In this document: piece by piece, positions 31,401 to 41,253 of the stretch
How the letters are laid out: each line of letters starts with the position of its first letter
Position numbering within the stretch: position 1 is the stretch's first letter
IMG/VR virus record: IMGVR_UViG_3300034418_011550
Span: 32,001 to 96,000 of that record
Direction: 5' to 3' (one strand)
DNA from: a virus
Length of the DNA: 64,000 nt
The notes under the pieces: generated by a model
What the model was told of the DNA's origin: nothing
The model's database searches: none
What the model saw: only the letters and a program-made list of their open reading frames with translations
Program-made: the position numbers and the translations under genes

Positions 31401-32552
31401 GTAAAAAACGGATTAATACCTAACCCTATAGTTATTCCTTATAACTTATCACTAACAATGATGGGCCTTTCAGGAATGAAAATATTTGAAACTTTTGAGG
31501 TTGATGATAAAATATTACCTCCAATGTATGATAATAGATCTTATAACTTTATTGCTAAAGCTATATCTCATACTATAACAAACAATAAATGGACTACAAC
31601 TTTAGAAAGTCAAATAGTAAATAAATCTAAAAATAATGAGGTTATTCCTGTTTCTGAAAATGTTGAAAAATATATAAGAGTAGTTACTAATAATGGTGGT
31701 GGCGGTGGTGTAACCTTCCAAGGACTAGGAAGTTGCGACCCAGAAATTCTTAAAAAGGTAACACCTTTTAGTAATCTTTCTAGCGAAAAAAGAAAAAATG
31801 CTATTTATTTATATAAACTTCTTAAATCTTCTAAATTTAATTTTACAGAAAGTCAAGCCAGAGCAATTGTATCTGTTAGTTCTAAAGAATCAAACTTTAA
31901 ACCGGTAGATGAAATAAGTTATGTTAATGGTAATACTAAAATAAAAAGAATTATTGAAGTATGGCCAAAAGTACAAAACCCTCCTTTAAGAAATAAAGTA
32001 TTAAAACTTTTAGCAGATGGTGCTAGTGACTATAGCTCAGGATGTTATGCTGATGGTTCTTGTCCTAAACATATACAAGCTGATAAAGATTTTTGGGAGT
32101 TATTTTATGGTGGTTTATATGGAAATCCAAAAGGACAAGCGTGGAGATATATTGGTAGGGGATATAATGGTGTAACATTTTTAGGAAGTGAAAAAAGCGG
32201 TGATGGATATGCTGGTTATAATAGATTATATAGAGAACTTGGAAGCCCAGCAGGCCAAGTTGACCTAGTAAAAAATCCAGAGGATTTAAATAAAAAAGAT
32301 TCAGATGGAATATACAAAATAGCGGCTTGGGTAGCTGGTTTATATTTCCAAAAAGCTATAAATAGACATAAAAGTACTTTTGAAGGAGTTAAAAATGATC
32401 CCGAAGCCACTATAAAATATATGATTAAAGCAAATGCAGGTTGGGGAAGTGCTGAAACAGGTAAGATCTTTGTAGAAGGATTATGTAAAGCAGTTAAATT
32501 TTATTCAACTCTCCCATCATCAATCCCAGTCAATGAAGTACCAAATGTATAA
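28404..32552 (+). CDS. Baseplate hub protein with C-terminal GH19/lysozyme-like domain
   Basis: RPMPGIESVRV...FLHPGYSFLLEWGW hub motif; after a GGGGG linker come ARAIVSVSSKESNF and YIGRGYNGVT. Confidence 0.65.
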   Translation: MANIIGEVFDRFVTQQVEARQTLLGYSQEGNTINDSVNQWLHNNSAWTRMISGIDIRGPRAAERLVSLNLGADYASENLAKNFILYNGVSSVTGSGDSLSFNPSTNNQDYFAANSDFSITNSYGFAGLDQGLRPMPGIESVRVSYVNKGALANAEIDIIAFNKEQLNIIDTLFLHPGYSFLLEWGWTRYIDNDTATVIHNDPTSLITDPFKSILSKKSTQYTIYNEIKKEKQKQSGNYDALYLIVKNFKFTFQPNGTYKITVYAVTQGDLLENLKINTVSPGEGALGAKQQLLDQDQRNKTVEDLKAELALNESKIAEKAKELQALETAFEEYKRKNVLLINTPKYKEVVAASVPTIEELRKEVNDLKGRPTEIRNEIITLTGEDIEATNVVDRLANKSRIHLELKRVRDYLQGNTGGASQDILSMKVEKIEKTKTVNEEGLIIETTDTANDFLYFMKLGNLLDFIQNNLLLYSTSKSNPYFRIDTNNNNYCFHFSKHISADPEICMIPVRDGKIAVPESYKKVRERPEKIAELQRKLQQQQKNVELAQDVLEINQSIENIGTIDFSPTTPGERVFNPFEVTKPNTETTEPAGFLDVIKEPTAAEQALTAAQQYLKSISTDLTSENKAASGSTDASGHPFYGGLPSTFQSNAGGGTTSRDEVIQEENLGRVFENIPVVFSGSAGFTGPETITIKGAPKEVEAYTINFPNSIRYITRSRYFQFGKKDNEPTNLTEQGSWTIKDGKFKRIPDKDKSTTPNLTKTRNADDIESGLTSQDLNTDFIVNNFIGRLMDIHVNLEYIATVANNNIDKQGNLSLISFLNQLLTGINAALGYCHDFQVIYDRETNYVKIYDYKILNYGGLKEKSNAPAFFNLFGFKPIGRFNYGSFIYDVNFTSQLTNDFVNMITIAAQSDTNVLGMDYTGLSKYNEGLVDRIISQKKSAAEIGSTSGGTTVKDLNNLYNTAKTFAQDIWGQLSINRGEVDAFMSANRDLANYEINNSVKNGLIPNPIVIPYNLSLTMMGLSGMKIFETFEVDDKILPPMYDNRSYNFIAKAISHTITNNKWTTTLESQIVNKSKNNEVIPVSENVEKYIRVVTNNGGGGGVTFQGLGSCDPEILKKVTPFSNLSSEKRKNAIYLYKLLKSSKFNFTESQARAIVSVSSKESNFKPVDEISYVNGNTKIKRIIEVWPKVQNPPLRNKVLKLLADGASDYSSGCYADGSCPKHIQADKDFWELFYGGLYGNPKGQAWRYIGRGYNGVTFLGSEKSGDGYAGYNRLYRELGSPAGQVDLVKNPEDLNKKDSDGIYKIAAWVAGLYFQKAINRHKSTFEGVKNDPEATIKYMIKANAGWGSAETGKIFVEGLCKAVKFYSTLPSSIPVNEVPNV

Positions 32553-32572
32553 TAAAAATATATTTATAATAA

Positions 32573-33175
32573 ATGTACTATCCTAAAAACAAAATAAAAA
32601 CAGGTCTTTATACTAATGGAGGAGAATACATTTACGCTGATAATAAATCTTCTTTTACAGGATATTATTATGCTTTATACAATGGAAAGTTTTATGAAGG
32701 TAAATCTCCAACTAAAGGAAATCGAGAAATAATAGAAATTTCTCTTCTTGATAGTGATCAATCAATTAAAACAGATATTCGTTTAATAGATGATTTTGGC
32801 CCAAGTGGAAAAACAGAATCATATGCTACTATTATTTCAACTGGTCAAAAACAAAATGTACCAACCCCTGTTTTTAGGTCTCCACAACAAACAGATTATG
32901 GTATAGGACAATTTGTAAGATATTTTTGTAGAAAAGTTAATGAACCTGTTTTTATAGAAATTAATAATTCAACATATACAGCTTTATATAATAAAAACCA
33001 AAATTGGGTTCAACTATATATTCCTTTTCAAATATATTGGTTAATAGCAGGTGACTATGAAAAAGTAGTACAAACTAATAGAATCAATGTAACAAGAAAA
33101 GAACAATCCCTCCAACTTTATGGTTTAACTAAATATATAGAAGCACATGGGGGTTATGATAAATTCTATTTTTAA
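32573..33175 (+). CDS. Conserved hypothetical virion protein
   Basis: End of the tail operon; preceded by TATATTTAT. Confidence 0.55.
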   Translation: MYYPKNKIKTGLYTNGGEYIYADNKSSFTGYYYALYNGKFYEGKSPTKGNREIIEISLLDSDQSIKTDIRLIDDFGPSGKTESYATIISTGQKQNVPTPVFRSPQQTDYGIGQFVRYFCRKVNEPVFIEINNSTYTALYNKNQNWVQLYIPFQIYWLIAGDYEKVVQTNRINVTRKEQSLQLYGLTKYIEAHGGYDKFYF

Positions 33176-33222
33176 TTTGTCTTTGTAAAATCTTGATACT
33201 ATATTAATAGCAAATCAAGGTT

Positions 33223-34506
33223 ATGTTTTGGTTAATAGAGACAGAGGAACAATTAGATTATTTAAAACAACATCCTATACAAGATGCATTTGTTGAAGTA
33301 ATCCCATATCATGATAATGTTCATCCTGCTTTAAATGACATTTCATTAATTTATATTAGACCGTTTAATGACACTAAAGGTTATATATTATGTATTGACC
33401 ATAGTGAGACTTTTTCGCTTAATAAAACGGTTATAGACAGTGTACTACAAAGTATAGAACGTATATGGGTCCGAGATAAAAAACAAACACTATATTACTT
33501 ACCAATCAAAAGCTTGTTTGACCTATCCATACTTAACCCTACGTATATACAAGAAGAGCAAGCAGTACATACACACATTTACTCCCAAAATACGGATTAT
33601 CTAAAACCAAACAAACTTATCCCAGTAGCTAAACTCTATGAGAAATACGAACATATTTATATACAAGTTCGTAGTACTATTCCTCAAGAGTTACCCCCAT
33701 ACTTTGACTTTTATAACAACAAAGTAGCATTGGCTTTCTTCGGAATTGAAAAGAATGGTATAAACATAAACAAAAATGAATTTGATAAATACTATGAACC
33801 CACTAAAGAATTTTATTCAGTCAAAGACAATAGGGTATTTACCAGTTACAACTTATCTACAACAACTCGTAGACCAAGTAACTCTTTTAATGGCATTAAT
33901 TTTGCCGCTTTAAATAAAGAAAATGGCTCAAGGAGAAGCTACATATCGAAGTATGGGTTTGTGGAGTTCGATATTAGCGCATACCATCCTCATCTTGCTG
34001 CTCGTTTGGTTGCCATGGATTTCAATGGGCAAGACGTCCATCAAACGTTCGCAAACCTATACGGAGTCTCGTATAAAGAAGCAAAAGAGCTTACGTTCAA
34101 ACAACTCTATGGTGGCGTATTTAAAGAGTACGCGCATTTGGAATTTTTTCAAAAAGTAAATAAGTTTATTGAAGAGAAGTGGCAAGAGTTTGAAGAGCAA
34201 GGCAAGGTAGAAGTTCCAATATCTGGATACTTTTTTTATAAAGACAAGTTGGAAAATATGAATCCACAAAAATTGTTTAACTATATGTTACAAAATGTGG
34301 AAAGTGCTGTCAACACGTATATACTGATAGACATTCATAAATTATTGAGAGGGCGTAAAACTAAAATAGTTTTATATACTTATGACAGCTTTTTATTTGA
34401 GCTTGGAGAAGATGAAAAAGATATAGAAATTGAAATAAATAAAATATTTAAAAAATATAAGTTACAAACAAAAACTAGTTATGGAGACACATACGATTTT
34501 GCATAA
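33223..34506 (+). CDS. Compact family A DNA polymerase-like protein (Klenow-like, no 5'-3' exonuclease)
   Basis: RRPSNSFNGINF, motif A EFDISAYHP, motif B AKELTFKQLYGG, motif C LYTYDSFLFE. Confidence 0.75.
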   Translation: MFWLIETEEQLDYLKQHPIQDAFVEVIPYHDNVHPALNDISLIYIRPFNDTKGYILCIDHSETFSLNKTVIDSVLQSIERIWVRDKKQTLYYLPIKSLFDLSILNPTYIQEEQAVHTHIYSQNTDYLKPNKLIPVAKLYEKYEHIYIQVRSTIPQELPPYFDFYNNKVALAFFGIEKNGININKNEFDKYYEPTKEFYSVKDNRVFTSYNLSTTTRRPSNSFNGINFAALNKENGSRRSYISKYGFVEFDISAYHPHLAARLVAMDFNGQDVHQTFANLYGVSYKEAKELTFKQLYGGVFKEYAHLEFFQKVNKFIEEKWQEFEEQGKVEVPISGYFFYKDKLENMNPQKLFNYMLQNVESAVNTYILIDIHKLLRGRKTKIVLYTYDSFLFELGEDEKDIEIEINKIFKKYKLQTKTSYGDTYDFA

Positions 34507-34516
34507 ACCCGAATAT

Positions 34517-34945
34517 ATGTATACCGGATACGATTTTGATCCAATTAATATACGTGACGTGAATAATAAGTTATTTTGTACTTTTACTAGCTTGGAAAAT
34601 TTAGATTCTCTAGTAAACGAAATTACAAGCGCATACTCCATAATGTACAAGAAAATGTTTGTTTTGTATGTAAAAAGTACAGACGAATATGTTGTTACAT
34701 ATAATGTTGAGCAAGGCAATGTTAGTGACATTCCTGAAAATACTATTTTAGTACATAGAAAAAAAGACACTAATACACTATATACTATTAATGCTTTAAA
34801 TGAGCTTATAAAAAAACTAAATGGGGGAGTAGTTGACCCTAAGTATATGGTGAGTTGGCAACACTATAGAAATTGTATTTTATTGACTAACCATAATGAG
34901 TTAAAACAATTAAATACAAAGATTTATAAGATTGTTGAGCTTTAA
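34517..34945 (+). CDS. Conserved hypothetical protein (start uncertain: 34481, 34517 or GTG 34559)
   Basis: Long AT-rich ORF; LVHRKKDTNTLYTINALN. Confidence 0.65.
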   Translation: MYTGYDFDPINIRDVNNKLFCTFTSLENLDSLVNEITSAYSIMYKKMFVLYVKSTDEYVVTYNVEQGNVSDIPENTILVHRKKDTNTLYTINALNELIKKLNGGVVDPKYMVSWQHYRNCILLTNHNELKQLNTKIYKIVEL

Positions 34946-34998
34946 TTTGGCTCATTAGTCCCGTTTTATTAAATTAAGTTATAAACAATGTATAAGTT

Positions 34999-35829
34999 AT
35001 GGATTTGAATGAAATCAAAAATCGATTAAACGCCATGCAGAGTAAATCTGCTTCAAAAGGCGGAGGTGACAAAAAGAACATTTTTTGGAAACCAAGTGTA
35101 GGTAAGCAGGTAGTACGAATTGTACCATCTAAGTTTAACAAAAATAACCCATTTTCAGAGGTTTATTTCCATTATGACATTACTAACCGAGTAATGATCT
35201 CTCCAATCAACTGGGGTGAAAAAGATCCTATTGTTGAGTTTGTGAAGCAACTTCGTGGAACAAATGATAAGGAAAATTGGCGTTTGGCTAAAAAGTTAGA
35301 TGCTAAAATGCGTATTTTCGCTCCTGTTATTGTTCGTGGTGAAGAAGCTGAAGGAGTTAAATTATGGCAATTTGGTAAAGAGCTGTATATGGATTTCTTG
35401 AATTTGGCAGATAATGAGGATGTTGGTGACTTTACTGATATTACTACAGGTCGAGACATTAGTTTGACTACTGTAGGTCCTGAAGTTACTGGAACTAGCT
35501 ACAACAAAACAACCATTATGCCAAAGGTTAAAGAAACTCCTTTGAGTAGTGACGCTAGTGAGGTTCAAAGCTGGTTAGATAATCAACCAAATCCAGTTGA
35601 TGTGTTTAAAAAATATTCTTATGATGAGATGAAAGAAGCACTTCAGAAATGGTTGACTCCTGACGAACCAGAAGAAGGAGATATTATTGATGATGAAGAT
35701 GAACCAGAAACTGAACCAGTAGCTCCTACTAAAAACTACGCTCTTAAGACTCCAACTGCTCCTAAAGTGAGCAAGGCTGAAAAATTTGATTCTTTGTTTG
35801 ACGAAGAAGAAAGTGATTTGCCATTTTAA
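34999..35829 (+). CDS. Single-stranded DNA-binding protein (T4 gp32-like)
   Basis: FWKPSVGKQVVRIVP, YFHY, DPIVEF, GVKLWQFGK motifs; acidic tail ending DLPF. Confidence 0.8.
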   Translation: MDLNEIKNRLNAMQSKSASKGGGDKKNIFWKPSVGKQVVRIVPSKFNKNNPFSEVYFHYDITNRVMISPINWGEKDPIVEFVKQLRGTNDKENWRLAKKLDAKMRIFAPVIVRGEEAEGVKLWQFGKELYMDFLNLADNEDVGDFTDITTGRDISLTTVGPEVTGTSYNKTTIMPKVKETPLSSDASEVQSWLDNQPNPVDVFKKYSYDEMKEALQKWLTPDEPEEGDIIDDEDEPETEPVAPTKNYALKTPTAPKVSKAEKFDSLFDEEESDLPF

Positions 35830-35840
35830 TTTAAACATTT

Positions 35841-36923
35841 ATGCCTAGACCTAAGAAAAGTGAATCACTAACGGCAGCAGTCTCTGCGGAGATTAAAGCC
35901 AATTTTAACCTTGATAAGTTCAAGGAGAAAAAAATGCTTAACAGTAATGTTAAGTTTAAAGAACAAAAATGGATTCCTCTTAGCCAGGCGTTTCAAGATG
36001 TTACATCAGTTCCTGGTATTCCTCAGGGACATATTGTACTTCTTCGAGGTCACAGTGATACAGGTAAAACTACTGCCTTGATTGAAGCAGCTGTAGCTGC
36101 TCAAAAGATGGGTGTTTTGCCTGTATTCATTGTTACTGAGATGAAATGGAATTGGGAACATGCTATGCAAATGGGTCTCCAAGTAGACATGGAGGTAGAT
36201 GAAGAAACAGGTGAAGTATTAAATTACGGCGGTTTCTTCCTTTATGTTGACCGAGAAAGTTTGCATACTATTGAAGATGTAGCAGCATTTATTTTAGATA
36301 TGTTAGATGAACAGAAAAAAGGAAGTTTGCCTTATGATTTGTTGTTCCTTTGGGACTCAATAGGCTCTGTACCTTGTGAAATGTCTGTTAAATCTAATAA
36401 AAATAACAATGAATGGAACGCTGGTGCAATGAGTACCCAATTTGGAAACAATGTAAACCAAAAAATCACACTTTCCAGGAAAGAATCATCTCCTTACACA
36501 AACACTTTATTGTGTGTAAATAAGGTTTGGACAGCTAAAGCTGAAGTACCTATGGGTCAACCAAAACTTATGAACAAAGGAGGTTTTGCAATGTGGTTTG
36601 ATGCTACATTTGTAATTACTTTTGGTAACATTGCTAATGCTGGTACAAGTAAAATCAAAGCTATTAAAGACGGAAAGCAAGTTGAATTTGCTAAACGTAC
36701 TAATATTCAGATTGATAAAAACCACATTAATGGTGTTACAACCAGAGGTAAGATTATTATGACTCCTCATGGCTTTATTAATGACAATGATAAAGAAGTT
36801 AAAGCCTATAAGGATGCCCACGCCAATGAGTGGATGAAAGTTCTAGGAAGCATGGACTTCGACATTTTTGAAGAAGATGAAACTTTTGAAACTATGAATG
36901 TATTTGAGAATGAGCCAGATTAA
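35841..36923 (+). CDS. RecA/UvsX-like recombinase
   Basis: Walker A GHSDTGKT, Walker B FLWDS, GGFAMWFDA. Confidence 0.85.
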   Translation: MPRPKKSESLTAAVSAEIKANFNLDKFKEKKMLNSNVKFKEQKWIPLSQAFQDVTSVPGIPQGHIVLLRGHSDTGKTTALIEAAVAAQKMGVLPVFIVTEMKWNWEHAMQMGLQVDMEVDEETGEVLNYGGFFLYVDRESLHTIEDVAAFILDMLDEQKKGSLPYDLLFLWDSIGSVPCEMSVKSNKNNNEWNAGAMSTQFGNNVNQKITLSRKESSPYTNTLLCVNKVWTAKAEVPMGQPKLMNKGGFAMWFDATFVITFGNIANAGTSKIKAIKDGKQVEFAKRTNIQIDKNHINGVTTRGKIIMTPHGFINDNDKEVKAYKDAHANEWMKVLGSMDFDIFEEDETFETMNVFENEPD

Positions 36924-36962
36924 TATTTGGCTATTAACAAAATCTTTGTTATATTCATAGTA

Positions 36963-37997
36963 ATGAACAGAAAAGAACTATTACAACTTCTTGAAACCAT
37001 GGAACAAGAGACACCTGTCTCAAATAAACATGATAGAGTTCTATTGATAGATGGCTTAAATTTATTCTTTAGAAACTTTACAACTATTAAGTATGTTAAT
37101 GAGGCAGGTGCTCACGTTGGTGGTTTAGGAGGTTTTATTCGCTCACTTAATTTCCTTATTAAACAAATTCAACCCACATCATTATATGTTGTATTCGATG
37201 GGGTAGGTTCTTCCACTAACAGGAAGAATCTACTTCCGGAATACAAATCAGGTCGTAATTTGACTCGAGTTACTAATTGGGATATTTTTGAGTCATTAGA
37301 AGATGAACATGACTCTAAAGTTGACCAGTTAGTTAGATTAATTCATTATCTAAAATGTCTACCTGTTAAAACTGTTAGTATTGATAAAGCAGAAGCAGAT
37401 GATATTATTGCTTACTTGAGTAAAAAGTTACCTGAAAAACATAACTCCCAAGTGTTTATTGTTTCTAATGATAGAGACTTTATGCAACTGGTAAATGATA
37501 AAGTTATTCTTTATCGCCCAGCTGAAAAAGAATTCTTTGATAAAAAAGCTGTTAAGGAAAATTTTGGAGTACTAGTTGAGAATTTTATCTTATACAAGAC
37601 ATTAATGGGTGATAATTCAGATAAAATTGAAGGTGTAAAAGGATTAGGTGAGAAAGGATTAAGAAAAAAGTTTCCTGAATTAGCTGAGCGTCCTATGTCT
37701 TTTAGTGATTTAATTAATTTATGTGCTTCAAAATATAAAGAGAATGTTACTTACTCTAAAATTGTTTTTGAGGCTGATAGATTAGAAAAAAACTATAAGA
37801 TTATGGATTTAAGTAATCCTATTATAGGAGAAAATGATAAAGAATATTTGGATGAATTTATTGATGAACTAGCCCCTGAATTGAATTTAAAAGCATTTAT
37901 GCGTTTATATAATGAAGATGGTTTAGGGAAAACAATTTTGAACACTGAATATGTGATAAATGAATCTTTTAAAGTATTAAACAGTTATAGAAAATAA
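36963..37997 (+). CDS. 5'-3' exonuclease (Pol I N-terminal / T4 RNase H-like)
   Basis: LLIDGLNLFFR, VVFDG, YKSGR, EADDIIA, VSNDRDFMQL and GDNSDKIEGVKGLG motifs. The track's TTG start at 36927 is the promoter TTGG box. Confidence 0.9.
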   Translation: MNRKELLQLLETMEQETPVSNKHDRVLLIDGLNLFFRNFTTIKYVNEAGAHVGGLGGFIRSLNFLIKQIQPTSLYVVFDGVGSSTNRKNLLPEYKSGRNLTRVTNWDIFESLEDEHDSKVDQLVRLIHYLKCLPVKTVSIDKAEADDIIAYLSKKLPEKHNSQVFIVSNDRDFMQLVNDKVILYRPAEKEFFDKKAVKENFGVLVENFILYKTLMGDNSDKIEGVKGLGEKGLRKKFPELAERPMSFSDLINLCASKYKENVTYSKIVFEADRLEKNYKIMDLSNPIIGENDKEYLDEFIDELAPELNLKAFMRLYNEDGLGKTILNTEYVINESFKVLNSYRK

Positions 37998-38002
37998 GTT
38001 AT

Positions 38003-39370
38003 ATGACATTAAATAATTTGTCCCAATATGGTATTGGGTTCCAGATCAAAGTATTATCTTCCTTGCTAACTCACAAGGAATTTTTACTCAACATTCAAGA
38101 CGTTTTGAGTGAAGAATATTTTGATAATCAAGCACATAAATGGATTATTAAACATATCCTAGATTACTTCCAAAAATATCATGCTTGTCCTAGTATGGAT
38201 GTTTTGAAAGTAGAGTTAAAAAAGATTGATAATGAAGTACTTCAGGTCTCAATTAAAGAACAACTTCGTGAAGCTTATAAAGCATCCGATGAAGATTTAA
38301 AGTATGTTGAAGAAGAATTTTCTAACTTTTGTAAAAACCAACAGCTTAAAAAAGCGTTGTTAACAAGTGTAGACTTTCTTAATGCCGGAGATTATGACTC
38401 TATAAGAATGATGATTGATAACGCCTTAAAAGCGGGTCAAGACAAAAATTTAGGCCATGAGTATAATAAAGATACTGAGTCTAGATATAGAGAAGATCAA
38501 AGATTAGCTGTACCTACACCTTGGGAACCATTTAATGATTTACTAATGGGAGGTCTAGGAGGAGGCGATTTTGGTCTTATATTTGGTAATCCAGGTGGTG
38601 GTAAATCTTGGTCACTAGTTGCTTTAGGTGGCTATGCTGTTAAGTTAGGTTATAATGTTATCCACTATACTCTTGAGTTAGGTGCTGATTATGTAGGACG
38701 TCGTTATGACGCTTTCTTTACTAATATTCCTGTAAATAAAATTTTACAACATAAAACAAAAGTTGAAGAATTAGTACCTCAATTAGAAGGACAGTTAATT
38801 ATCAAAGAATATCCAACAGGTAAGGCATCTATTTCAACTATTGAAACACATATTAAAAAGTGTATTGATTTAGATTTTAAACCAGATTTAATTATTATTG
38901 ACTATGTTGATCTTCTTCGTTCAAAAAGAAAGAATCGTGAGCGTAAGGATGAGATTGATGATATTTATATTAGCACTAAGGGACTTGCTAGAGAGTTAAA
39001 TATTCCTATTTGGAGTGTATCTCAAGTTAATCGTGCTGGTGCAAAGGATGATATTATTGAAGGTGATAAAGCAGCCGGTTCTTATGACAAAATCATGATT
39101 ACTGATGTTGCAATATCCTTATCAAGGAAACGTCAAGATAAAGTAAATGGGACAGGAAGATTTCACATTATGAAAAACAGATACGGTATGGACGGCCTAA
39201 CGTTCTCTGTGAAAGCAGATACTTCAACTGGTCATTTTGAAGTGTCGACCCATGTTATAGACGATGATGAGGAACCAACAAATCAATCCAACAGCACTAA
39301 TTTTGGTGGAATTGACTCAGTAGACAAAGCCCTTATTAGAAACAAATTTTTCGAATTACAAACAGACTAA
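38003..39370 (+). CDS. dnaB: DnaB-like replicative helicase (gp41-like)
   Basis: GNPGGGKS, YTLEL, IIIDYVDLL, SQVNR and KNRYG motifs. Confidence 0.9.
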   Translation: MTLNNLSQYGIGFQIKVLSSLLTHKEFLLNIQDVLSEEYFDNQAHKWIIKHILDYFQKYHACPSMDVLKVELKKIDNEVLQVSIKEQLREAYKASDEDLKYVEEEFSNFCKNQQLKKALLTSVDFLNAGDYDSIRMMIDNALKAGQDKNLGHEYNKDTESRYREDQRLAVPTPWEPFNDLLMGGLGGGDFGLIFGNPGGGKSWSLVALGGYAVKLGYNVIHYTLELGADYVGRRYDAFFTNIPVNKILQHKTKVEELVPQLEGQLIIKEYPTGKASISTIETHIKKCIDLDFKPDLIIIDYVDLLRSKRKNRERKDEIDDIYISTKGLARELNIPIWSVSQVNRAGAKDDIIEGDKAAGSYDKIMITDVAISLSRKRQDKVNGTGRFHIMKNRYGMDGLTFSVKADTSTGHFEVSTHVIDDDEEPTNQSNSTNFGGIDSVDKALIRNKFFELQTD

Positions 39371-39384
39371 ATTATTATTAAAAA

Positions 39385-41241
39385 ATGTTAACAACAGAAT
39401 CACAAATTTTGTCGGAAATTACTACCCATCTTAAGTATGCCAAATACGTGCCTGAAAAAAACAGACGCGAAACTTGGGATGAGTTGGTTACCCGAAACAA
39501 GGAAATGCACATTGAAAAATTCCCTCATTTGGCTGAGGAAATTGAGTCCGCCTACAAGTACGTTTATGATAAAAAGGTACTACCATCAATGCGTTCAATG
39601 CAATTTGCTGGTAAGCCTATTGACATAAACAATGCTCGTATTTTTAACTGTTCCTATTTGCCTATTGATGATTATAGAGCATTTTCGGAAATTATGTTCT
39701 TATTACTTTCAGGATGCGGAGTAGGTTATTCAGTACAAACCCACCATGTAGAAAATTTACCTGAAATTAGAAAACCACTTAAGTGGAAACGTTATCTAGT
39801 AGGTGATTCTATTGAGGGATGGGCTGATGCTGTTCGTATGTTAACTAAAGCTTATTTTGGTTATACTTCTACTGGTCCTATTTTTGACTTTAGAGATATT
39901 CGTCCAAAAGGAGCTTCACTTATTACTGTTGGAGGTAAAGCACCTGGTCCTGAACCATTGAAAATTGCTTTAGTACAAGTACAAGCTATTTTAGACCGTA
40001 AACAAGATGGTGAAAGATTAACAACTTTAGAAGCACATGACATTATTTGTCACTTAGCGGATGCTGTTTTGTCTGGGGGGATTCGTAGAGCTGCTCTTAT
40101 TGCTTTATTTAATTTACATGACAATGATATGTTAACTTGTAAATTTGGAAGTTGGTGGGAAAATAATCCACAACGAGGTAGAGCAAATAACTCAGCAGTA
40201 TTGCTTCGTAGCAAAATCGATAAAGAAACATTCTTGGATTTATGGAAGAAAATTGAAGCATCAAATAGCGGAGAACCAGGTTTCTTATTTACAAATGATA
40301 AAGATGCTGGGACTAACCCATGTGCCGAAATTAATTTGAAACCAAACCAATTCTGTAATTTGTGTGAGATCAATGCTTCAGATATTGAAACACAAGAAGA
40401 ATATAATGCGAGAGCTAAAGCAGCAGCATTTATTGGTACATTACAAGCTAGTTATACTGACTTCCATTATTTAAGAGATGTTTGGAGAAAAACAACTGAA
40501 AAAGAAGCATTATTAGGTATCGGAATGACAGGTATCGCTTCAGGAGCTATCTTTAAATTAAATATGAAAGAAGCAGCTAAAGTAGCTTGTGATGAAAATG
40601 AAAGAGTAGCTGAAATTTTAGGTATTAGAAAAGCAGCTCGTGTTACCACAGTTAAACCATCAGGTACTACTTCATTAGTATTAGGTACAAGTTCAGGTAT
40701 TCATGCTTGGCATGATGATTATTATATGCGTCGTATTCGTTTAGGTAAAAATGAAGCGTTGTATCAATATTTAGCTGTTTATCATCCTGAAATGTTGGAA
40801 GATGATTTCTTCAAACCAGAAATTCAAGCAGTAGTATCTGTACCACAACAATCTCCTGAAGGTGCTATTACACGTAAAGAATCAGCTATGGATTTGTTAG
40901 AGCGTATTAAAACAATTAATAAAAATTGGATTAAGCCAGGTCATAGAAAAGGTTCAAACATGCATAATGTATCTGCTACAGTAACTATTAAACAAGATGA
41001 GTGGGATACAGTAGGTGAGTGGTTGTATGAAAATAAAGAATACTTTACTGCTTTATCTTTCTTACCTGAAGATTTAGGTACTTATAAACAAGCTCCTTTT
41101 GAAACCATTACAAAAGAAGAGTTTGAAAAAGCTGTAGAATCATTACATGCTGTAGATTTATCTAAAGTTATTGAAGTAACGGATAATACAGCATTAATGG
41201 ATCAAGCAGCTTGCGCTGGTGGAGCTTGTGAAATAGTATAA
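39385..41241 (+). CDS. nrdJ: Class II (B12-dependent, monomeric RTPR-type) ribonucleotide reductase
   Basis: VLPSMRSMQF, TNPCAEI, FCNL, TTVKPSGTTS and C-terminal ACAGGACEIV; no nrdB in the window. Confidence 0.88.
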   Translation: MLTTESQILSEITTHLKYAKYVPEKNRRETWDELVTRNKEMHIEKFPHLAEEIESAYKYVYDKKVLPSMRSMQFAGKPIDINNARIFNCSYLPIDDYRAFSEIMFLLLSGCGVGYSVQTHHVENLPEIRKPLKWKRYLVGDSIEGWADAVRMLTKAYFGYTSTGPIFDFRDIRPKGASLITVGGKAPGPEPLKIALVQVQAILDRKQDGERLTTLEAHDIICHLADAVLSGGIRRAALIALFNLHDNDMLTCKFGSWWENNPQRGRANNSAVLLRSKIDKETFLDLWKKIEASNSGEPGFLFTNDKDAGTNPCAEINLKPNQFCNLCEINASDIETQEEYNARAKAAAFIGTLQASYTDFHYLRDVWRKTTEKEALLGIGMTGIASGAIFKLNMKEAAKVACDENERVAEILGIRKAARVTTVKPSGTTSLVLGTSSGIHAWHDDYYMRRIRLGKNEALYQYLAVYHPEMLEDDFFKPEIQAVVSVPQQSPEGAITRKESAMDLLERIKTINKNWIKPGHRKGSNMHNVSATVTIKQDEWDTVGEWLYENKEYFTALSFLPEDLGTYKQAPFETITKEEFEKAVESLHAVDLSKVIEVTDNTALMDQAACAGGACEIV

Positions 41242-41253
41242 TATTTATTAGAT

